This document shows positions 8,646 to 14,314 of a stretch of DNA of 14,314 nt, piece by piece (positions within the stretch are counted from its first letter, which is position 1; each line of letters starts with the position of its first letter). The notes below the pieces were generated by a model, which was given only the letters and a program-made list of their open reading frames with translations, did no database searches and was not told where the DNA came from. This DNA is from Candidatus Hydrogenedentota bacterium. GTDB taxonomy: Bacteria; Hydrogenedentota; Hydrogenedentia; Hydrogenedentales; SLHB01. Both the position numbers and the translations under genes were made by a program. The stretch is from positions 1 to 14,314 of the forward strand of contig JAWXCN010000157.1 in the NCBI GenBank assembly GCA_034408725.1. The letters are read 5' to 3'.

Positions 8646-9830
8646 ATGGTGAGTGCTACCGATGTTCTCAACGCCAAAATCCTGGTCGTTGACGATCAGG
8701 AAGTCAACGTCCTATTGCTTGAACGCGCACTGGACGGCGCCGGCTATGTTTCCGTAGCCTCCACGATGAATCCCCGCGAAGTCTGTGAGCTCCACCGAAA
8801 AAACCGCTACGACTTAATCATTCTTGATTTGCAGATGCCGGGGATGGACGGATTTCAGGTAATGGACGGCCTCAAAGAGATTGAAGCAGGCGGCTACCTT
8901 CCCGTTCTCGTGGTCACGGCGCAGCCGGATCACAAACTACGCGCGTTGCAAGCCGGTGCGAAGGATTTTGTCAGCAAGCCGTTCGATCTGACCGAGGTCC
9001 AGGCGCGCGTCTACAACATGCTTGAAGTGCGGCTGTTGCACAAGGAGTTGCACTGCCACAACGACCTGCTAGAAAAACGTGTGCGGGATAGGACCGCCGA
9101 ACTCCTGGAAAACTATCAGGAAACCATTTTTGCGCTGGTCCGTGCCGCGGAATACAAAGATAAAGACACCGGCACTCACGTACGGCGCATCGGCTTTTAT
9201 TGCGCGAGGTTGTCCGAGAAGCTGGGCCAGGATCGACACTTCCGCGACACGATTTTTTTCGCCAGCCCGATGCACGACGTAGGCAAGATAGGCATTCCTG
9301 ATCATATCCTGCTCAAGCCCGCCAGCCTTACGCAGGACGAGTGGGAGGTAATGAAGGAGCACGCACTCCTGGGCGCAAATATCCTCGGCAGCAGCAGGTC
9401 CCCGTATCTCAGCATGGGCGCCGAAATCGCCTTGGGGCACCACGAAAGTTGGGAGGGTGGGGGATATCCGAACGGACTCAAAGGAGAGTCCGTTCCACTC
9501 TCGGCGCGCATTATGAAAATCTGCGACACCTACGATGCACTTTGCAGCGAGCGGCCGTACAAGTCTGCTTTCGACCATTCGAAGGCGGTGGACATCATCA
9601 CCCGAGGCGATGGCCGCGTCCAACCGGAACATTTCGATCCCGATATTCTTGAAGCCTTCAAGCAGGACCACGAGTCGTTCCGCGAAATCTTCGAGACCTA
9701 CACGGCGCCGGCATCTTCTTCGCCCCAGCAATACGATCGCCATCGCGAGGGGGGGCGAAATAATGCCGGAAGTATTGCTTCGCGCGAACCGTCCAAAGGC
9801 GATGCGGACGAAAGAATGAGGAAGTATTAG
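8646..9830 (+). CDS. Response regulator with HD-GYP phosphodiesterase output (RpfG-like)
   Basis: Receiver ILVVDDQE...ILDLQMP...VVTA...SKPF and a coiled-coil linker LEKRVRDRTAEL. HD-GYP motifs AEYKDKDTGTHVRR, MHDVGKIGIPD, HHESWEGGGYP and DTYDALCSERPYK. ATG 8646 is preferred over TTG 8601 because it follows AAAGGGA and aligns with the start of the paralogous regulator. Confidence 0.92.
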   Translation: MVSATDVLNAKILVVDDQEVNVLLLERALDGAGYVSVASTMNPREVCELHRKNRYDLIILDLQMPGMDGFQVMDGLKEIEAGGYLPVLVVTAQPDHKLRALQAGAKDFVSKPFDLTEVQARVYNMLEVRLLHKELHCHNDLLEKRVRDRTAELLENYQETIFALVRAAEYKDKDTGTHVRRIGFYCARLSEKLGQDRHFRDTIFFASPMHDVGKIGIPDHILLKPASLTQDEWEVMKEHALLGANILGSSRSPYLSMGAEIALGHHESWEGGGYPNGLKGESVPLSARIMKICDTYDALCSERPYKSAFDHSKAVDIITRGDGRVQPEHFDPDILEAFKQDHESFREIFETYTAPASSSPQQYDRHREGGRNNAGSIASREPSKGDADERMRKY

Positions 9831-9831
9831 C

Positions 9832-10932
9832 GTGGTGAATGCGGCCGACATTCTCGACGCAAAGATTCTGATCGTCGACGATCAAGAAGCCAACGTCCTC
9901 CTGCTCGAACGTACGCTGCGCGGCGCCGGTTATACTTCCATCGCTTCCACGATGGCTTCGTGCGAAGTCTGCGACCTCCACCGAAAAAACAGCTACGACC
10001 TGATTCTGCTGGATCTGCAGATGCCCGGCATGGATGGGTTCGAGGTGATGGAAGGCCTCAAAGAGATTGAGGCGGGCGGGTACCTTCCCGTTCTCGTGGT
10101 CACGGCCCAGCCGGGTCACAAGCTGCGCGCGCTGCAATCCGGTGCGAAGGATTTCGTGAGCAAGCCGTTCGATCTGGTCGAGGTGCTGGCGCGCGTTCAC
10201 AATATGCTGGAAGTTCGTTTGTTGCATCTGAAAACCAAGTTGCTCTACGCCCGGGTCGTGGCCGAGCAAAAGGTGTCGGAACGGCTGCTGCTCAACGTAT
10301 TGCCTCATTCCATTGCCGAACGCTTGAAGGGGCGTCCCGAAGTCGTGGCGGACAGCTTCGCGGAAGTCATCGCCGACAGTTTTCCGGAGGTGACCGTGTT
10401 GTTCGCGGATATCGTAGGATTTACAAAGTTTTCCACCGGCGTGAGCCCCGAGCAGCTCGTGGTCCTCCTCAACGAAATATTTAACGATTTCGACACCATC
10501 GCGGACAACCGTGGCCTCGAGAAGATCAAGAGTATAGGCGATGCGTATATGGCTGCCGCCGGACTGCCTGTACCCGTGGATGATCACGCGGCATTGGCGG
10601 CGCACATGGCGCTGGACATGCTTGACGCGTTGGCCCGGTTTAATGAGCGTAGCGGCTACAACTTGCAAATCCGCATCGGCATCAATAGCGGCCCAGTGGT
10701 TGCAGGTGTCATTGGAAAGCGAAAGTTTATTTACGACATGTGGGGAGCCGCCGTGAACATCGCCAGCCGTATGGAATCACACGGCATTGCCGGTCGCGTG
10801 CAAATCACCGGGGCCACCCGGTCGCGCCTCGGCGAACCCTTCCTTTTCGAAGAGCGCGGCGCCATCGACGTCAAAGACATCGGCGAACTTCGAACCTACT
10901 TCCTGACCGGTAGAACCACAATGAAACGTTAA
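9832..10932 (+). CDS. Response regulator with class III adenylate/guanylate cyclase output (adenylate-type specificity residues)
   Basis: A receiver domain followed by the SERLLLNVLPHSIAERLK helix and cyclase motifs VTVLFADIVGFT, EKIKSIGDAYM, RIGINSGPVVAGVIG and YDMWGAAVNIASRMES. Both metal-binding Asp residues, the K/D purine-specifying pair and the N/R transition-state pair are present. It starts 1 bp after the HD-GYP stop, with SD GAGGA. Confidence 0.93.
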   Translation: MVNAADILDAKILIVDDQEANVLLLERTLRGAGYTSIASTMASCEVCDLHRKNSYDLILLDLQMPGMDGFEVMEGLKEIEAGGYLPVLVVTAQPGHKLRALQSGAKDFVSKPFDLVEVLARVHNMLEVRLLHLKTKLLYARVVAEQKVSERLLLNVLPHSIAERLKGRPEVVADSFAEVIADSFPEVTVLFADIVGFTKFSTGVSPEQLVVLLNEIFNDFDTIADNRGLEKIKSIGDAYMAAAGLPVPVDDHAALAAHMALDMLDALARFNERSGYNLQIRIGINSGPVVAGVIGKRKFIYDMWGAAVNIASRMESHGIAGRVQITGATRSRLGEPFLFEERGAIDVKDIGELRTYFLTGRTTMKR

Positions 10933-11004
10933 AAAAATCCGCAGGACAACCTGATCGTATCGGACCAGCGTTTGAGCGCCGCTCAACATTGGGCGCGTCG
11001 GCAC

Positions 11005-11205
11005 GAACAAAACTTCAACCGTTTTGTCGCCGCCGAGGTCAAACGTCAATTGTTGGGCGTTGCCTTGTGGCAGGCTGCTGATGTTTCATCGGTCGAAACG
11101 AGTTCCTGCCCACGTCGCGCGCACGGTAATATCCGTGCTGGCGGGAAACTCGTAGACCGGGCCAGCACCCGCGTTTTCAGGAGTCTCGACTGAAATTGCC
11201 CCCAT
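11005..11205 (-). pseudogene. Remnant resembling a divergent InlB B-repeat / bacterial repeat domain, with an in-frame TGA
   Basis: The frame reads MGAISVETPENAGAGPVYEFPASTDITVRATWAGTRFDR*NISSLPQGNAQQLTFDLGGDKTVEVLF. The pattern G.I.V...Y....T.ITVRA....F..W.......LTF...GDKTV...F fits this repeat family by eye, with TGA (11088-11086) at the expected Trp. Confidence 0.5.
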
Positions 11206-11282
11206 CCATGCCGCGGACTCGACTTCGCACTCGTTGGCCTGCCAGATGCCGCGCAGGGATCGTTGCGACGCAGTTCTAATTT

Positions 11283-12773
11283 TTATTTACGGGGATTTCC
11301 GTGAATTTTCTCGGCAATCTCCTTCTTGGCCAAAAAATAACCGGATTCATCGAAGGAAGATAAAAACGATTGGATATAGAGTTCTGCAGTCGGCGTATTT
11401 TTGAGGGATTTGACACTATCTACGGCCTCGATAAGCGTTTTATTTATCGCTACCTGTTCGGGAGTGCGCGATAATCGCTCGGGCCCCAAAATGGCAGAGG
11501 CGGCAACCAGTCCCGATTCACGAAATGCCGCGTCTTTATGCGCAATTAAACTGAGCACAAATTGCCGTATAGGAACGACAGCAGCCGAAGTTAGGGATTG
11601 TTCACTTTCAAGCTTCGCGAGTCCAAGTGATATCCCGAAGCCAATCTGCAATATGTTTACTGATTTGTCGGTACTGTAAAAGGCGGCGGCAGCTTCCGCA
11701 GTGCTCATCCCAGCAAGCATTATTGCAACACAATACGCTGTATACATTTGCTCCTGCGGATAAAGGTTAATTCTTTCAGATGCAGCCTTGGCGATTTCGT
11801 GCGTTACGAAGGAAAAGCGTTTTGTAAATAGGAATGCAAGAATCTGTATATCAACGTCCTTATTTCTCCGGTCGTCTTGCAGATAATCCTCCAACGCCGC
11901 CATAGCGATTCCCGGCTGTTGATTGTCAATTGCACGCAATCCTTGAAAACACGTCATTTGAACGGCTGGACCTTCGACAAGTAGTCCGGCGCGTAAGAGA
12001 TCTAGTGTCTTTGGAATACTCCCCAATTCTGTTAAAGCAAGAGCCCTATAAGCATTCAACTTCAAATTGGATTCGAGATTGTCTGGCAATTTCATAAGAC
12101 ATTTCTCGATTTCATCCACAAATACCGAGGCACCCATTTTGTCGGTGGTGATGCGAGCGACACGGGAGTCGAAAATCTCACCGCCAAGAACGTCAATTAC
12201 CCAAGTTTCCACCCCAGGCAATGCCAAGGTAGAACTGGTGTTCGAGAACGAATTGATCATACGTTCGATTTCCACATGGGCAGTATCGGAAAAGGCGTCG
12301 GAGTCGAGCGCTGCTTCCAGCGCATTTACAATTTCCGCGTGCATACGTTTAGGAGAATTATCGAGAGAAATCGCGCAAGCATACCGGATTGCAGGGGATT
12401 CATCGGTTAGTCCTTTAAGTATCGCTCGCGTTCCTGGTTGCGTGCGGATTATGGATTCTTGACCAAGCAAGAAATACGCCATCATGCGTGGTCCCGGCTC
12501 ATCGAATGCGGGATCTGATTGCAACCAGCCTTCAATTCTCTTGACTAACTCGGGCACGTCTTGATAAAGAATTTCTGGCTTTGGATAAACAGTGGTATCT
12601 GTCTTAATGAAACCCTGTCTTAGCTGTTCATAAATTGGTTCAATGTCCGCAGCGCTTTCCTTGTTTGGCGGTTCGGCCTGAGCAGAAAAGATTTGCATGA
12701 ATGTCAGGCTCAGTATTGTCCCGAAACAATGTAAGTTTCTTCGAAACTTTAATTTCATGTGCAGTCTCCGCAT
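11283..12773 (-). CDS. Hypothetical exported alpha-helical (HEAT/ARM-like) protein, ~496 aa
   Basis: Long ORF. AGGAGG precedes ATG 12773 (alternative ATG 12758). Signal-peptide-like N-terminus MRRLHMKLKFRRNLHCFGTILSLTFMQIFSAQA-EPP. HEAT-like segments LKGLTDESPAIRYACAISL, LRAGLLVEGPAVQMTCFQGL and LIAHKDAAFRESGLVAA. Visibly AT-richer than flanking genes. Confidence 0.75.
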   Translation of the reverse strand: MRRLHMKLKFRRNLHCFGTILSLTFMQIFSAQAEPPNKESAADIEPIYEQLRQGFIKTDTTVYPKPEILYQDVPELVKRIEGWLQSDPAFDEPGPRMMAYFLLGQESIIRTQPGTRAILKGLTDESPAIRYACAISLDNSPKRMHAEIVNALEAALDSDAFSDTAHVEIERMINSFSNTSSTLALPGVETWVIDVLGGEIFDSRVARITTDKMGASVFVDEIEKCLMKLPDNLESNLKLNAYRALALTELGSIPKTLDLLRAGLLVEGPAVQMTCFQGLRAIDNQQPGIAMAALEDYLQDDRRNKDVDIQILAFLFTKRFSFVTHEIAKAASERINLYPQEQMYTAYCVAIMLAGMSTAEAAAAFYSTDKSVNILQIGFGISLGLAKLESEQSLTSAAVVPIRQFVLSLIAHKDAAFRESGLVAASAILGPERLSRTPEQVAINKTLIEAVDSVKSLKNTPTAELYIQSFLSSFDESGYFLAKKEIAEKIHGNPRK

Positions 12774-12815
12774 GTGACGCCTCCTGCGTGTGAAGATACC
12801 CCCATTTGCTTGTTT

Positions 12816-12837
12816 ATAGGGGACAGCCACCTATTTA
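12816..12837. repeat. Left 22-bp inverted repeat (REP-like hairpin)
   Basis: ATAGGGGACAGCCACCTATTTA is the exact reverse complement of 13534-13555. It is internally palindromic (ATAGG...CCTAT) and contains the transposase stop codon. Confidence 0.9.
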
Positions 12838-13497
12838 CTCCGATTCTTGGTTGTCGGTTTTAATTTTCTGGGGCGGCCTAGTTTGTGTTCGAGTTTGGTG
12901 AGGAACGAGTCGCTTGCGAGCGGACGGCCCGTGTGGGTGTTGAGGCAGAGCGCCGCGACGCTCTCTTTGTTGTCGGGTTGGATAAGCATCTCTTTCCAGT
13001 TTATAGCACCCGCTAACTCTTGCCAAGCATGAAAATCGAGGAGGCGCGCTACGTCTGTTCCACCGGTGTGCGCTGCCGCGCTGGACCAGCGGTAGGTCCA
13101 CGGGCCGCGGGTCATTTTCGCGCGGACGGGATTGCGTTCGACGTAGCGCATAGCGGCCATGGTGTAGGCGCCGTCCATGGGACACGAATGGAACCGGCCC
13201 TGCCACAGGTGGCCGCTACGGCCGTGGAGGCGGTTGATGAGTTGGGTGTAGAGGAAGTGTGTGCGTCCAATGGCGAGGTTGAGCGAGTCCGCATGTGCGA
13301 GCGCTGCGATCATGTGGATGTGGTTGGTCATCAGGCAATATACCCCAGCACCCGAACGCGGTGTTTCAGGCATTGCTCGCGCAACAAGTCGAGATAGGCT
13401 GCCCGGTAGCCATCGACAAAGAAAACGTCCTGCCGGTTATTGCCGCGCTGGGGTTGTGGGGCAGGCCGGGTATGACGATTCGCGTGTGTCGTGGCAT
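12831..13497 (-). pseudogene. REP-associated tyrosine transposase (RAYT, HUH/Y1 family), two frameshifts
   Basis: Reconstructed across three segments: MPRHTRIVIPGLPH / QRGNNRQDVFFVDGYRAAYLDLLREQCLKHRVRVLGY / CLMTNHIHMIA...GRSGHLWQGRFHS...RYVERNPVRAKM...YRWSSAAAH. The HUH motif (HIH) and catalytic Tyr (RYVERNP) are present. Frameshifts near 13452 and 13340 (GGGTATATTGCCTG, extra AT). Confidence 0.9.
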
Positions 13498-13504
13498 GAG
13501 AGAC

Positions 13505-13533
13505 AGCATAGAGAAGGCCGCGCCAAAAATCAA
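13505..13533 (-). promoter_or_regulatory. Putative leaderless sigma70 promoter of the transposase
   Basis: TTGATT (13533-13528), a 17-nt spacer, TATGCT (13510-13505), 7 nt, then ATG (13497). No SD before the ATG. Confidence 0.5.
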
Positions 13534-13555
13534 TAAATAGGTGGCTGTCCCCTAT
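13534..13555. repeat. Right 22-bp inverted repeat (REP-like hairpin)
   Basis: TAAATAGGTGGCTGTCCCCTAT is the exact reverse complement of 12816-12837. Confidence 0.9.
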
Positions 13556-13902
13556 TGTACGCGGCGCGCAAGGCATTGGTCCATCGCGGTCCGCGCGCGA
13601 AAGTGCGGATGCAGGATTTCCAGTCTGCCATAGCAGAACTCAAACGCGATTCTTGGAACCGGAACAAGTGCCAAGCCATTGGGTTTTCGCATCGGCGGAC
13701 GTTAGGATAGGCGTCAGCCATCGCCGTGCTCCCATTCGTAGCGTCGGCTTCCATGCCGGGCGTTTTCAATCCCGTCCGCTTTCCATCTATTAGCGCGGCG
13801 CGATGGAGTGTCCCGCGCGCGCCGGATCGCACGCGTACTCGACGTATGCAAGTAAATTACCGTAACATTGAGTGTGGGTATTTGGGGAGGATGGAGCGGC
13901 AT

Positions 13903-14314
13903 ATGAACATACAGGGTGCTGTACTTAACCGGCGCGAATTTCTTCAACAGTCTACCGCGGCCGCTGGTGCGATGTATGGATTGAGTGCGGGCGCTGGCGT
14001 GGCCGGTCCCGAGCGGCCCAACATCGTGTTTATTCTGACGGACGATCAGGCTTCTTGGACGATTGGCGCGTTGGGTGGGCCGGATGCGCACACGCCGAAT
14101 CTGGACCGGTTGTTTGCGCAGGGCGTGACGTGTCCGAATGCGTTCGTGACAACGCCGGTGTGTTCGCCTTCGCGGGCGGGGTTGTTGGCAAGCCGATATG
14201 GAACGGAAGTGGGTATTACGGATTGGATCAAGCCCGGCGTTGAGGAAGAGGTTGGTCTTGATCCGTCCTTGCCGACGTGGGTGCGGGCGTTGCGGGATGC
14301 GGGGTATGCGACGG
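13903..14314 (+). CDS. Tat-exported formylglycine-dependent sulfatase (Cys-type), 3' end runs off the window
   Basis: Translated by hand (not in the ORF track): MNIQGAVLNRREFLQQSTAAAGAMYGLSAGAGVAGPERPNIVFILTDDQ...HTPNLDRLFAQGV...AFVTTPVCSPSRAGLLASRY...LRDAGYAT. Contains the Tat motif NRREFL, PNIVFILTDDQ and the CxPxR signature. SD GGAG upstream. Confidence 0.93.
   Translation, partial: MNIQGAVLNRREFLQQSTAAAGAMYGLSAGAGVAGPERPNIVFILTDDQASWTIGALGGPDAHTPNLDRLFAQGVTCPNAFVTTPVCSPSRAGLLASRYGTEVGITDWIKPGVEEEVGLDPSLPTWVRALRDAGYAT

Larger units (their letters stand above)
12816..13555. mobile_element. 740-bp RAYT-type element bounded by perfect 22-bp inverted repeats
   Basis: The inverted repeats at 12816-12837 and 13534-13555 enclose only the transposase gene and its promoter. 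No target-site duplication is seen. Confidence 0.7.

Noticed and set aside
5533-10668. Long minus-strand ORFs (5533-6849, 6871-7521, 9069-9851, 9658-10668)
   Set aside because: Antisense to the kinase and regulators. Their repeats merely mirror the PAS repeats.
10931-10986. Intrinsic terminator candidates (bulged stem plus T7 on the minus strand at 10931-10964; TTGAGC-GCC-GCTCAA at 10972-10986)
   Set aside because: The first stem is short with a 7-nt bulge and the second lacks a U-tract. Too weak to call.
11086-11088. TGA-to-Trp recoding (the complete genes called here all end in TAA or TAG)
   Set aside because: Only six stops are sampled, Trp is TGG in the intact genes examined, and GC is high. 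A single nonsense mutation in a remnant is simpler.
12774-12830. ORF-track start of the 515-aa protein at GTG 12830
   Set aside because: It lies within the inverted repeat. ATG 12773 has AGGAGG and yields a sensible signal peptide.
12831-13373. 180-aa ORF as an intact transposase
   Set aside because: Its first residues are out of frame. The true N-terminus (MPRHTRIVIPG, QRGNNRQ) lies in other frames.

Overview
Bacterial window with high-GC coding regions; the lineage cannot be determined from sequence alone. At left on the minus strand is the start of an alternative complex III (ACIII) respiratory operon: pentaheme actA (2965-3657) and actB (<1-2940, truncated by the window edge and absent from the ORF track). 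A ~650-bp divergent control region carries a near-consensus sigma70 promoter for the act operon and two GTG-N8-CAC (CRP/FNR/Rex-type) palindromes. On the plus strand follows a three-gene signalling cluster: a cytoplasmic hybrid histidine kinase with six near-identical 142-aa PAS repeats plus a seventh divergent PAS, then two response regulators with ~83%-identical receiver domains but different outputs (an HD-GYP phosphodiesterase and a class III adenylate-type cyclase). The right part is accessory DNA: a stop-interrupted remnant resembling a divergent InlB B-repeat, an AT-richer exported HEAT-like protein, a doubly frameshifted RAYT-type HUH transposase bracketed by perfect 22-bp inverted repeats, and the 5' end of a Tat-exported sulfatase. 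The most interesting candidate system is the PAS-array kinase branching to two second-messenger outputs, placed back-to-back with an ACIII promoter that carries CRP-like boxes. The functional link is inference.
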